Shown: positions 46,516 to 55,896, counted from the whole stretch's first letter. The stretch is 61,750 nucleotides of DNA, filler included, from Chthonomonadaceae bacterium (GCA_035650735.1; 3 parts of 3 records of this genome joined end to end with filler, not necessarily neighbours in it), one strand, 5' to 3'. Notes: generated by a model not told the origin, from the sequence alone. Translations and numbers: made by a program.

Positions 46516-48777
46516 CTATGCCTGTGAGCGGGAATGCGCTTCCAGAGAGCCAGGGCCAGCAGGCCGACGAAAAAAGCACAGCGCCATCCCGCGCGCCAGC
46601 AGACTCTGCCAGAACAGAGCCGCCGACGGCAGGAGGGCTATATCCTCCAATCCGCGCGGGCGGAGGCGTACCATTTGGGTATGGCCGTCCTCCAGAGTGA
46701 GGACACTGGCAAGGCCCGTCACGGAGACCATGCTGCCGACGGCGGGTGGGGTGAGCGTGAGCGGGGCCGCCTCCACGCCGGGGCCTTTCAATCCGGCCAG
46801 CGTGACCTGAATGCGCGTGCCATCGTCCAGGGTCAGGCCGTCCGCGCTCGATTCGACGACCGCGCCCTGCACGCGCACCAGCACGCCGTTATAGCGGCCT
46901 TCCCCATTGAGGATCTCCTTGCCGGTGACGGCAACGGGGGCGGGCAGGACGCTCATCGGCTGGATGTCGGTCAGGCGGACGGTGGCGCGATCTATCGTAG
47001 GCTCGCCCTCCACCGGAAGCAGCGTGCCCGTCACCGAGACGATATCGCCGGCCTGGAACGGCAGCAGAGACGGGGAAGCCAGCCGCACGCGCATCCCGAA
47101 GCCGTGCGCGTCCGCGACATAGAGATTGCCGGGGAAGATGTCCGAGCCGAGGGTCACCAGCAGCTTCTCCAGGCGCACCGGCGTTCCGCTGGGAGCCTGG
47201 CTTAAATCGGGCAGCTTGCCTTGCAGGGCCGCGATGGAGGGCGTCAGCGGAATGGCCGCGCCCAGCGTGAACGGCACAGTCGTGACCTTGCCCGCTGAGA
47301 CGGTCGCTGCGCTCTTCTGCGGCGCATAGCCCGGCGCGGAGACGCGCAGCGTGTAGCGGCCAGGCGGCAGGTCCACGGCGGCGTAGAAGCCGGTGCCGTC
47401 CGTCGTGCGGGTGAGGGTCTTGCCGCGCCCACGCAGAGTCACCAACGCGCCATCTACCGGAAGCAGATCGGGCGTGAGCACAAAGCCCTTGAGGATACCC
47501 CGCTTCGGATGCGCTTTCCAGTCCATCGGGGGGAGGGGAACATCGGCAGGGAACGGCGGCGCGGCGGCGTAGCGGGAGGGCTGGCCGAGCATGGCATAGA
47601 ACTCCGGCTGATACTGGAGCTCAGCGCGCTTTCCGGCGGCATCTTTCTCCTCGCTGGCGTTGGTGCCCGCGTAGGAGTAGAGCATCACGCCGTAGGGCCG
47701 GCGGCCTCTGGCGCTGGGCTGCCGGGCGATCTGCATAAGCTCCAGCGTCTGCGGGATGGTATTCATCCAGTTGCCGACGGCCACGGCGGCGGCGCGGCGA
47801 TACTGATGGTTCTTGATAAACTCGCTCCAGTGCCTCTGGTAATCGGCGTAGCGGCCTGCCTGGAAATAGGTCATCGGGCAGGCGAGGTCGATCAGGCCCT
47901 CCTGGAGCCAGCCGCGCCAGTCCTGGTAGACCCGGTTCATCGCCGCCGATTTGGTATACCACTCCGCTTCGGTATGCGGGGCGTCGCCCCAGGTGATGAC
48001 CGCCGCCGAGACGACGATCTTCGGATTGACCTGCACGGCATGGGCGTAGACCTTGCGCACAAGCGCCGTCACCTGGTCGCGCCGCCACTGCTGCCAGGTC
48101 GGGTCCGTGGGGGCGGGTAGGTTCGTGCCGGGCAGCCAGCGGATGGGCTTCTTCCCGGCATAGCGCTGTCGGAAGCGGGCCACGCTGACCGGGTTATAGC
48201 CCCACTCTCTGCCGCCGTAGCGCACGAAATCGAAGTGGATGCCGTCCACGTTGTAGTGCCGGGCCACGTCCAGATAGATGCGGAACGTCCAGTCGGCGGC
48301 GTCGGGGTTGCCGGGGTCTAGCTTGGTGGCTTCGCCGTCAAAGTTGGCGCCCTGCGGGTTGAGAGAAAGCCATTCCGGGTGCAGGCGGACGACGTTGAAG
48401 GGATTTCGCGCATCGCCTCCGACCGCGCAGGTATTGATCCAGGCGTGGACGGCAATGGGCGGGTTCAGCGCGTGCGCCTTCTGGATCAGGTAAGCCAGCG
48501 CGTCGAAATGGCTCTGGTCATCGGAGGCCCAGGGCTCATAGTGAGACAGATAATAGGCGTCGCCGCGCTTGCGCACCTGAGCGAAGATGGCGTTGCAGTG
48601 GGCGTCGTGGAGCCGCTGCAGGAGCTCATCCACCTGTTCCGGCGTCTTGATGCCGGGATTGAAGGCGTCGGCCCAGAAGGCGCGCAGCTCCGGGCGTGCG
48701 GTAGCGGCACGGACGGGAGAGAGCCAGAACAGGAGGAAGGCTAGCAGTGCGAGGAACCAGACCATGCGGTATTTCAT
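46516..48777 (-). CDS. Exported GHL10 (DUF187/YddW-like) glycoside hydrolase with carboxypeptidase-regulatory-like and OB-fold-like C-terminal domains
   Basis: ELRAFW, FAQVRKRGDAYY, VHAWIN, LDPGNP, YNVDGIHFDFVRY, QWRRDQVT, QDWRGW; TDGTGFY...LPPGRYTLRVSAPGY. Confidence 0.9.
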   Translation of the reverse strand: MKYRMVWFLALLAFLLFWLSPVRAATARPELRAFWADAFNPGIKTPEQVDELLQRLHDAHCNAIFAQVRKRGDAYYLSHYEPWASDDQSHFDALAYLIQKAHALNPPIAVHAWINTCAVGGDARNPFNVVRLHPEWLSLNPQGANFDGEATKLDPGNPDAADWTFRIYLDVARHYNVDGIHFDFVRYGGREWGYNPVSVARFRQRYAGKKPIRWLPGTNLPAPTDPTWQQWRRDQVTALVRKVYAHAVQVNPKIVVSAAVITWGDAPHTEAEWYTKSAAMNRVYQDWRGWLQEGLIDLACPMTYFQAGRYADYQRHWSEFIKNHQYRRAAAVAVGNWMNTIPQTLELMQIARQPSARGRRPYGVMLYSYAGTNASEEKDAAGKRAELQYQPEFYAMLGQPSRYAAAPPFPADVPLPPMDWKAHPKRGILKGFVLTPDLLPVDGALVTLRGRGKTLTRTTDGTGFYAAVDLPPGRYTLRVSAPGYAPQKSAATVSAGKVTTVPFTLGAAIPLTPSIAALQGKLPDLSQAPSGTPVRLEKLLVTLGSDIFPGNLYVADAHGFGMRVRLASPSLLPFQAGDIVSVTGTLLPVEGEPTIDRATVRLTDIQPMSVLPAPVAVTGKEILNGEGRYNGVLVRVQGAVVESSADGLTLDDGTRIQVTLAGLKGPGVEAAPLTLTPPAVGSMVSVTGLASVLTLEDGHTQMVRLRPRGLEDIALLPSAALFWQSLLARGMALCFFRRPAGPGSLEAHSRSQA

Positions 48778-48784
48778 GGCCTAA

Positions 48785-48812
48785 ATGGTACCCCAAAGCG
48801 CGGGATTGTCAA
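48785..48812 (-). promoter_or_regulatory. Sigma70-like promoter, probably giving a leaderless transcript
   Basis: TTGACA-16 nt-TACCAT-7 nt-ATG with no SD sequence. Confidence 0.55.
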
Positions 48813-48830
48813 CCCGTCGGAAAACCCGAC

Positions 48831-49000
48831 AGGCTGAACCCTGCCGCTGTGGAGCCTTCGGCTCGTTGACTGCTAGGGTCGGCGCTCAACGGTTCGCGCC
48901 TCCGCCTAGCGACACCTACGCGGGCAAAACACCTTTCTCGCCCACGTAGGTGGGCGACGGGCGCTTTGCGCCCCACAGCGGCAGGGTTTAGCCTGCCGGG
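48831..49000. repeat. Inverted doublet of REP-like elements; left copy carries a 43-bp hairpin insertion at 48868-48913
   Basis: AGGCTGAACCCTGCCGCTGTGG ... CCACAGCGGCAGGGTTTAGCCT; alignment with the 19144 and 21170 copies reveals the insertion. Confidence 0.88.
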
Positions 49001-49016
49001 CCTGCACCGGGCTTCC

Positions 49017-49841
49017 CTATCGCATCAGCTCGCATTGTAGCTCGTGTTGATATATCTGGGCCGCCTTATCCAGCATCACATCCAGCCTGCCGGTCTGTTC
49101 ACCTACCGAAATTAACTGGGTGACGAGCGTGGGCAGGAAGCCGAACGCCGCTAACGGCTCGGCAAGGCCCTGTCGCGGCTCATCCTGCGTCTGGAAGCGC
49201 CCCCGCTGCGCCTCTGGAGGCGGCAGAGGACGTTCCGGCGTGCCCTGGGCCGGGAGGGACTGCGCCATCGCCCGAACGGCCTCCTGCTGTGTGCGGGGAA
49301 GCCGGTCCGCCACCGTTTCCAGCAGGATAGAAAGGGGCACGCCCGCGGTGAGCAGCAGGCTCAGCGAACGGCAAAGTAGCATTAAGGTCATCTTGCGTTG
49401 GGCTTGGCTCAGGTCGGCCCAATCCTGCGGCAGGGGCTGGTCGGCAGGCAGCAGAAGCCGCGCCGTTCCTTTTTCCGGCCCGGCCAGGCGCGAGAGTTTC
49501 TAACCTTCTTCGAGTAAATCCGCCAGGTAGTTCAGACTCTCTTCGAGAATGCCGCCGATCTCGCCCACTCGGATCATTTTTACATAAAAGCCGGAGAAAA
49601 GGTCGGGCCTCTCTCCCATGATACGCGACAGGGGATAGCCCTCCTGAAGTTTCTCGCGCAGTTCTGTTGCGTAGGCGGCGAAGGGCGGCGGAGCGTCCTG
49701 TTCCAGGATGGTCATGATACGCACCAGCGATAGGCCCGCATCTACCAGCGTGGAGAACTGGCGTGTGAACAGCGCCAGCGCCAGCGCAGAGTCCCTTTCC
49801 ACCGTACCGTTCGTGCTTTGCGGCTTGTCTTTTCCTGCCAT
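49017..49841 (-). pseudogene. Type II secretion F/PilC-domain protein with one in-frame amber stop
   Basis: FTRQFSTLVDAGLSL...MIRVGEIGGILEESLNYLAD, TAG at 49500-49502, then same frame continues to LLLTAGVPL...ISVGEQTGRLDVMLDKAA. Confidence 0.8.
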
Positions 49842-49843
49842 CG

Positions 49844-50161
49844 TTATCCCTCTTCGTGTGTCTGTTCCTGCCAGCGGCGGCGCGGCTCGCCGAGCAGTGT
49901 GGCGGCCTCCGCGCGCAGCAGGCGGCGCAACTGCAATTTCGCCCGGTGTATTCGGCCTTCGATGGTTGTGACCGGCACATTCAAGAACGCAGCGATCTCC
50001 TCATACGAGGATTGCCCCCAGATCCGCATGAGCAACGTGAGTCGATTCCCTTCCGGGAGCGCCATGAGCGCCTGCCTCCAGGCCCGATACTCCTCCCTGA
50101 CAAGGACGACCTCCAGCGGGCGCTGCGCCGGATCGGCCAGGAAGCGCGCTTCCGCTGTAGG
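49844..50161 (-). pseudogene. ECF sigma factor region 4 fragment; N-terminal half replaced by a repeat block at the contig end
   Basis: PLEVVLVREEYRAWRQALMALPEGNRLTLLMRIWGQSSYEEIAAFLNVPVTTIEGRIHRAKLQLR. Confidence 0.75.
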
Positions 50162-50163
50162 CG

Positions 50164-50398
50164 CGACCCTTGCAGTCCGTTGTAGGCCCGACCCTGGCAG
50201 TGGGGGCCGGGGGGTGGGGTCAGCATCCTGGCGGACGCTGCCTCTCGCCAGAGGTTCCGTCCGCCAGTCGCAAGGCAGAGGCGCGAGTGTCGCCAGGCGG
50301 AGATCGCCAGGCAGAGCCGCGAACCGTTGAGCGGCGTCCCTGGCAGTCGAGCGTGCGTAGTTCCGACCCTAGCAGTCGTAGCGCCGTCCCTTGCAGTC
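50164..50398. repeat. Stack of nested 43-bp hairpin elements plus REP half and a separate hairpin
   Basis: Three left arms (50270, 50292, 50306) followed by three right arms ending AGTC (50348, 50377, 50398); two further right arms at 50164-50201. Confidence 0.88.
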
Positions 50399-50498
50399 NN
50401 NNNNNNNNNNNNNNNNNNNNNNNNNNNNNNNNNNNNNNNNNNTTAATTAATTAANNNNNNNNNNNNNNNNNNNNNNNNNNNNNNNNNNNNNNNNNNNN
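50399..50498. other. Assembly gap / contig linker
   Basis: N-run containing TTAATTAATTAA. Confidence 0.98.
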
Positions 50499-50633
50499 AT
50501 TGTGCAGTATGGGGGAGTGTTCCGGGATGGTTTACTGGCCGTATCCGTTGCCGATGGGCACAGCGTCACCCTGCACGCGCCGAAGGAGATCATGCATGGG
50601 CTGGACTGGCACGAAGGCAATCTCAAGCCCTGA
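50499..50633 (+). CDS. 3' end of an unknown gene truncated by the gap
   Basis: Open frame IVQYGGVFRDGLLAVSVADGHSVTLHAPKEIMHGLDWHEGNLKP*. Confidence 0.45.
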   Translation: MVQYGGVFRDGLLAVSVADGHSVTLHAPKEIMHGLDWHEGNLKP

Positions 50634-50795
50634 GCTAGCGGCTCGAAGTCGAGAAGGCCGGGAAGCCCCGGCGACAAGAACCTCTCTCTAGAGCATCAGG
50701 GAACCTATTCCGCCGGCCCCTGTTGATCATTGGACTATGCGTTCCTCGACGACTTATATAAGCAACTTAGGACACGGCCAGGGATACCCCAGCGC

Positions 50796-50834
50796 AAGGG
50801 CGCGATTGACAATCGCGCCCTTTTGCAGTACACT
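50796..50834 (+). promoter_or_regulatory. Sigma70-like promoter whose -35 box sits inside a perfect 12-bp inverted repeat
   Basis: TTGACA (50806)-17 nt-TACACT (50829); AAGGGCGCGATT-GAC-AATCGCGCCCTT. Confidence 0.6.
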
Positions 50835-50901
50835 GGAACGATTTTGTGCGGCAACAACGAATTAGTACGTAGGTATCTTAGCCAGGAGGACGCTTGCTGT
50901 A

Positions 50902-51789
50902 ATGATGCAACTTGCAGCTATCACCGACGAGATCTCGCAGGACTTTGAGCACGCGCTGGACGTGCTGCTGGAATATGGAGCGACGGGCGCCGAGCTGCGC
51001 GCCCTCTGGGATACCAATATCGCCGACCTCTCCGAAGAGCAGGTCGCCCGCGCCAAAGCCGCCCTGCGCGCCCGCAACCTGCGCGTCGTCGGGTTAGCCA
51101 CGCCCTTCTATAAGTGCGATCTCTTCGAGGACACGCCCGAAGGCACCGAGGAGACCCACCGAATGCATCTGGCCAAGCCGCGCGACCTCTCGCAGCAGAT
51201 GGATTTGCTGGGCCGCTGCATTGAGCTGGCTCATACGTTCGACACGCCGCTGCTGCGCGTCTTCACCTTCTGGCGCAAGGAAGCGTTGACCCCCGAAATC
51301 GAGGACCGGATCGTGGACGCCTTTGACGAGCCGCTGCGGCTGGCCGAGCGGGAAGGCGTCACCCTGATCCTGGAAAACGAGCACGCCTGTTTCATCGGAA
51401 CGGGAGCCGAGGCGGCGCGCATTGCCGGCAAGCTCAACTCGCCGCACCTCAAGCTCTGCTGGGATCCCGGCAACGCCTTTGCTGCGGGCGAAGTGCCGTA
51501 CCCGGATGGCTATGAGGCCGTCAAGCCCTGGATAGCCCATATTCATATCAAGGATGGCCGCATCGTCAATACGCCTGAGCATGGCCCCCAGGTGCAGTGG
51601 TGCGTCGTCGGGGAGGGCGAAATTGACTATGCGGGCCAGTTCGCCGCGCTCAAGCACGATGGCTATACTGGCTACATCTCACTCGAAACCCATTATGTGC
51701 CTTTGCACGGCAGCGGTCCGGGAGGCAAGGGAACGCCGGAGGAAGGCTCTCGCCCCTCGCTGGCCGCGCTGCGCCAATTCATCGCATAA
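50902..51789 (+). CDS. Sugar phosphate isomerase/epimerase (xylose isomerase-like TIM barrel)
   Basis: ITDEISQDFE, LILENEH, WDPGNA, HIHIKD, YISLETH; AGGAGG RBS. Confidence 0.9.
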   Translation: MMQLAAITDEISQDFEHALDVLLEYGATGAELRALWDTNIADLSEEQVARAKAALRARNLRVVGLATPFYKCDLFEDTPEGTEETHRMHLAKPRDLSQQMDLLGRCIELAHTFDTPLLRVFTFWRKEALTPEIEDRIVDAFDEPLRLAEREGVTLILENEHACFIGTGAEAARIAGKLNSPHLKLCWDPGNAFAAGEVPYPDGYEAVKPWIAHIHIKDGRIVNTPEHGPQVQWCVVGEGEIDYAGQFAALKHDGYTGYISLETHYVPLHGSGPGGKGTPEEGSRPSLAALRQFIA

Positions 51790-52071
51790 AGAAAATCGTT
51801 TGTCGTTGGGTAGACATCCCCAACCGTGTAGATCCCTTTCAAGCGGCTGCCGCCGCGGAGAGACCTCAACTTAAGAGGCCAGGTTGCTAGAGTTTTAGGC
51901 TGCTAATATCCAATCCGGTGAATTTCTTCCCATATGCGCTGCACCTTGAGGTAGCCATACGATAAGTATTCCATCGGACTTGATATAAGGCATCCTAAGC
52001 GGCTGCCGCCGAGGAGAGGCATCCACACCGTGGGGAAGAAGTACCGTTGTTGTATAAGGACCATAAATTCG

Positions 52072-53991
52072 ATGCCTGATCTGTTTTCCATTAGCGCCTG
52101 GCAAAGATGGTGGCAGCGTGCGGGCCGCGCCTGCGGCTGGATTCTGGCTGCTGTGTTCGGCATACCGCTGGTCATCAGCTTTGGCCTGAGCCAATATACC
52201 CGCGGTAACCAGCCAAACCCGGCCGCCGAGCGCAGCGCCGTGATCGCCCGCGTCAACGGCGAGCCCATCACCAACGCCGAATTCAATCAGTTGGCGGGCG
52301 AGCTGACCCGCCAGGGCGCAGAGCCGGGTCCGCAGTTTGCCTCCGCACAGGGCATGGCCCTGGAAAATCTCATCAAGCAGACTGCGCTCATCCAGGAGGC
52401 GCAGCGGCGCCGCCTGCATCCCTCCGAAGCCGACATAGACAGCGCCATCGCCCAGCAGCGCGCCCAACTACGCAACACCTTCGGCCATGAAGTCTCCGAC
52501 TCGGAGTGGGAGAGCTACCTGGAAAGCCGCTTCGGCATGACCCCCGGCGAATACCGGGACTTCCTCAGCAAGCAGCTGCTCATCCCGGCGCTCTTCCAGG
52601 ACATTAAGAACCAGATCAATGTCACGGAGGCGGACGCCAACAACCAGTATGCCGAGGTCAAGCTGGCGCTGGTGCTGATTCCTTCCGGCCCCACCCCGTT
52701 GCCCAACCCGAAAGGCATCAAACCGCTGCCGGACGCCGAGGCCCGAAAGAAGGCCGACGACCTGCGGGCGCAGGTGGAGAAAGGGGCCGATATTGCCGCT
52801 ATCGCCCGCGCCAACTCCGCCGACCCCAGCGCCAAGACCGGCGGCACGCTGGACTGGCGGCGCGAGTACCAGGGCATCCCCGGTGCGCCGGACATGCTGG
52901 GCATCCTCCATTACGGCAAGGAGTTCGACGAGGCCGTACACAAGACGCCCAAGGGCCAGCTCACGCCGGTCGTCAAGATCACCGGCTTCCAGCAGGGCTA
53001 TGGGTTCGCCCGCGTGCTGGATCGGCGCATCAACAAGCCCAAGGACTTCGACCCCAAGAAGGAGGTCGAGCAGATCAAGGATACGCGGGCGCGCGAGGCA
53101 TTTGGCAAGCTCATCAACGACTTGATGCAAAAGGCCAGAATCGAAGTGGTAGACCCGGATAAGAAGGCCTACTACGACTTCGTCAAGCTCCAGGAGATGC
53201 AGCAGCAGCAGTTCCTGGGCCAGATGGGCCGGGCACCGGAGGGCGCTCCCCCGCCGACGCCGGCCGACATCGAGAAACAGCAGGCGCTGGTTGAAAACGA
53301 GTTTGACGCCTTGCTGAAGCGCCATCCCGAAGACGAAACCGCCGCCCTGATCGTGGCCCAGAACCTGAAGAGCAAGAAGATTACCGCGCCCAATGAGATA
53401 GCCCAGAGAAATCAGCGGCTGATCCAGCTCTATGAGATGGTGCTGACCCGTACCGAGAACCGCCAGATACGCTTTGACCTGGCTTCGCTCTACCGCGAGA
53501 CCAAGCAGAACGACAAGGCGCTCCAGCAGTACGAAAAGATCCAGAGGCTCCTCAACGACGCGCCGCCCTACGACCTGACCACCATGCAGGAGGCCCAGCA
53601 GGTGCACCAGCAACTAGCCGCCGGGTTCCGCAGCCTGAACAAGCCGGACCAGGCAGCCCAGGAAGAGGCCGCGGTCAAGGATCTGGAGGGCAAGATCAAG
53701 GCGGAGCGGGATAAGGTCAGCGCCGAGCAGCGCCACGCCGCGCTCCAGGCGCCCAACATCAGCCTGCCCGGAGGCGGCAAAGGCACGATCCAGAAGACCT
53801 TGCCCGTCCCGGGTAGCGCCGCGAAGCCCGCCGGACAGCCGCCCGCAGCGACACCGCCTGCTCCCGGAACGGGCAAGGCGCCGGAAGCGCCCGGCGCGGC
53901 CAGGCCCACACCGCAGGCTCAGCCCGCCGTACCTGCCGCGCCCAAAGCCGCCGGCGAGTCCCAGCCTAAAGCGGGCAAGCCGGGGCCGTAG
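52072..53991 (+). CDS. SurA/PpiD/PrsA-like parvulin peptidyl-prolyl isomerase with TPR-like and Pro/Ala-rich tail
   Basis: N-terminal TM, VIARVNGEPIT, IARANSADPSAKTGGTLDW, EFDEAV; start codon uncertain. Confidence 0.85.
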   Translation: MPDLFSISAWQRWWQRAGRACGWILAAVFGIPLVISFGLSQYTRGNQPNPAAERSAVIARVNGEPITNAEFNQLAGELTRQGAEPGPQFASAQGMALENLIKQTALIQEAQRRRLHPSEADIDSAIAQQRAQLRNTFGHEVSDSEWESYLESRFGMTPGEYRDFLSKQLLIPALFQDIKNQINVTEADANNQYAEVKLALVLIPSGPTPLPNPKGIKPLPDAEARKKADDLRAQVEKGADIAAIARANSADPSAKTGGTLDWRREYQGIPGAPDMLGILHYGKEFDEAVHKTPKGQLTPVVKITGFQQGYGFARVLDRRINKPKDFDPKKEVEQIKDTRAREAFGKLINDLMQKARIEVVDPDKKAYYDFVKLQEMQQQQFLGQMGRAPEGAPPPTPADIEKQQALVENEFDALLKRHPEDETAALIVAQNLKSKKITAPNEIAQRNQRLIQLYEMVLTRTENRQIRFDLASLYRETKQNDKALQQYEKIQRLLNDAPPYDLTTMQEAQQVHQQLAAGFRSLNKPDQAAQEEAAVKDLEGKIKAERDKVSAEQRHAALQAPNISLPGGGKGTIQKTLPVPGSAAKPAGQPPAATPPAPGTGKAPEAPGAARPTPQAQPAVPAAPKAAGESQPKAGKPGP

Positions 53992-54008
53992 GCAGGGCGT
54001 CCGCCGTC

Positions 54009-54824
54009 ATGTCTCGCAAAAGGATGCCGAGCGCGCCGCCCGCCGCCAATCTTGAATTGGCGGCGGGCGGCGCGGCCTGTGCTGCGCCCTCTCTGCAAGC
54101 TGAGAAGCCAGCGTTGGGGCGCGCGCCCGGCACCCTCTACCTCGTCTCCACGCCCATCGGCAACCTCGAAGACATCAGCCTGCGCGCCCTGCGCGTTCTG
54201 CGTCAGGTGCGCCTGGTCGCCGCGGAGGATGCGCGCATCACCCGCAAGCTCCTCGACCACTTCGCCATCCCCACCCAGGTCCTCACCTATCGCCTCCATA
54301 GCCGCTGCAACCAGACGGAAGAGCTCCTGGCCTGCCTGCGCGCCGGGCAAGAGATCGCCCTCGTCTCCGACGCGGGAACCCCCGCCATCGCCGACCCCGG
54401 CTCCCGGCTGATCGCCGCGGCCATCGCCCAGGGGGTGCCGGTCGTCCCCATCCCCGGCCCGGTCGCCGCCATCAGCGCCCTGGTCGTCTCCGGCCTGCCG
54501 ACCGGTCGCTTCGCCTTCGATGGCTTTCCGCCCCGCCCCCGCGCCGACCGCCAGGCCTTTTTCGCCTCCCTCGCCCGCGAGACGCGCACGATCCTGCTCT
54601 ACGAAAAAGCCTCCTGCCTGCACGCCACCCTGGAAGACCTCCTCTCCGCCCTCGGCCCCGACCGTGCCCTGGCTATCGCACGCGACCTGACCAAGCCCGG
54701 CGAAACCATCTATCGCGGCACGCTGGGTCAGGCCATCCCGCCGTTTCGCCGCCGCAAACCGCGCGGCGAGTTTGTGCTGGTCATCGCCGGAAGCCCCACG
54801 CCTGACGCCCCTTCCCCGGAGTAA
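54009..54824 (+). CDS. rsmI: 16S rRNA (cytidine1402-2'-O)-methyltransferase
   Basis: LYLVSTPIGNLEDISLRAL, AAEDAR, ALVSDAGTPAIADPG, ARDLTK, RGEFVLVI. Confidence 0.93.
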   Translation: MSRKRMPSAPPAANLELAAGGAACAAPSLQAEKPALGRAPGTLYLVSTPIGNLEDISLRALRVLRQVRLVAAEDARITRKLLDHFAIPTQVLTYRLHSRCNQTEELLACLRAGQEIALVSDAGTPAIADPGSRLIAAAIAQGVPVVPIPGPVAAISALVVSGLPTGRFAFDGFPPRPRADRQAFFASLARETRTILLYEKASCLHATLEDLLSALGPDRALAIARDLTKPGETIYRGTLGQAIPPFRRRKPRGEFVLVIAGSPTPDAPSPE

Positions 54825-54942
54825 TTATCGCCCGCCGAGGAATAAGCCCCGACCAAGCGCACGCCACCCTTCCCAGGGCAGTTACGGTGGCAAGCAGACT
54901 CAGGAGATTCTGCTTTTCGGCAGGTGTCGGAAGCCCTGCCTG

Positions 54943-55896
54943 CTACGGGACAGGAGTGAGCAGGAAGGGTCCCTGGCTATTGTCAAGCTCGCCCCAACCG
55001 AATATCTGCCCGCTATCGGTAATCTTCCATGCTTCCCATAGTTTCCAGAGTTTCCAGCCGGATTTCCCGACAAGCCTCGTGATCAGGGCTATCATCTTCC
55101 CGTCCTGCCAGAGAAAGGCGACATTTAAATCGGAGTTCCGGTCCGCGGCAGTCCCGACCACCTGGCCGAGATTGTTGATGCTGTAGGCTGCGCTCTGCGT
55201 ACCGCCCAATGTGCCGAGATCCTGCATCCTGCCCTTTTGCCAGAGGAAGGCATGGCTGACCCCTTCGGCGGTGTCGGCCTCCCCGACGACCTCACCTTTG
55301 TCGTTGAGGCCGTAGGCATGACTGCTCAGGCCCCCCAATGTGCCGAGATCCTGCATCCTGCCCTTCTGCCAGAGGAAGGCATGAAAGCTGCCATCAGCAG
55401 TTCGCGAATCACCGACGACCTGGCCTTGATCGTTGATGCTATAGGCGTAACTCCATCTGCCGCCGAGCGTAGACAGATCCTGCATCCTGCCCTTCTGCCA
55501 GAGAAAGGCATGATAGCGGTTCGCACTGGTGAGCGAAGCGCCGACGACCTCGCCTCTATCGTTGAGACCGTAGGCACGACTCTCTCTGCCGCCCAACGTG
55601 CCGATATCCTGGGCTTTGCCCTGGCTCCAAAGGCAGGCATGAAAATAGAGCGTGCCCGGGGCATAGCGGAAGCCGACCGCCTGGCCCCAGGAGTTGTGGG
55701 CGGTAACCCTACCCTGCTTACCGAGCAATTTCACAGCGCTTATGGGAGAGCGTACTGCTTGCGCTTCGCTGGGTTCGGTGACAACATAATGGCTCCCGTC
55801 CCTTTCCAAGTGACCCAGGTTGAAACGAAAGAGCACAAAGGCTGCCACGAGGGAACCGAAAAGCAGGGAACCACTCTTGCGAAGATGCCGTACCAT
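54943..55896 (-). CDS. Extracellular HAF-repeat protein
   Basis: About five repeats of HAFLWQKGRMQDLGTLGG-x-S-x-AY-x-(I/L)ND-x-G-x-VVG after an N-terminal hydrophobic segment. Confidence 0.9.
   Translation of the reverse strand: MVRHLRKSGSLLFGSLVAAFVLFRFNLGHLERDGSHYVVTEPSEAQAVRSPISAVKLLGKQGRVTAHNSWGQAVGFRYAPGTLYFHACLWSQGKAQDIGTLGGRESRAYGLNDRGEVVGASLTSANRYHAFLWQKGRMQDLSTLGGRWSYAYSINDQGQVVGDSRTADGSFHAFLWQKGRMQDLGTLGGLSSHAYGLNDKGEVVGEADTAEGVSHAFLWQKGRMQDLGTLGGTQSAAYSINNLGQVVGTAADRNSDLNVAFLWQDGKMIALITRLVGKSGWKLWKLWEAWKITDSGQIFGWGELDNSQGPFLLTPVP

Noticed and set aside
55200..55640. Near-identical nucleotide repeats with regular period
   Set aside because: Fully explained by HAF protein repeats.
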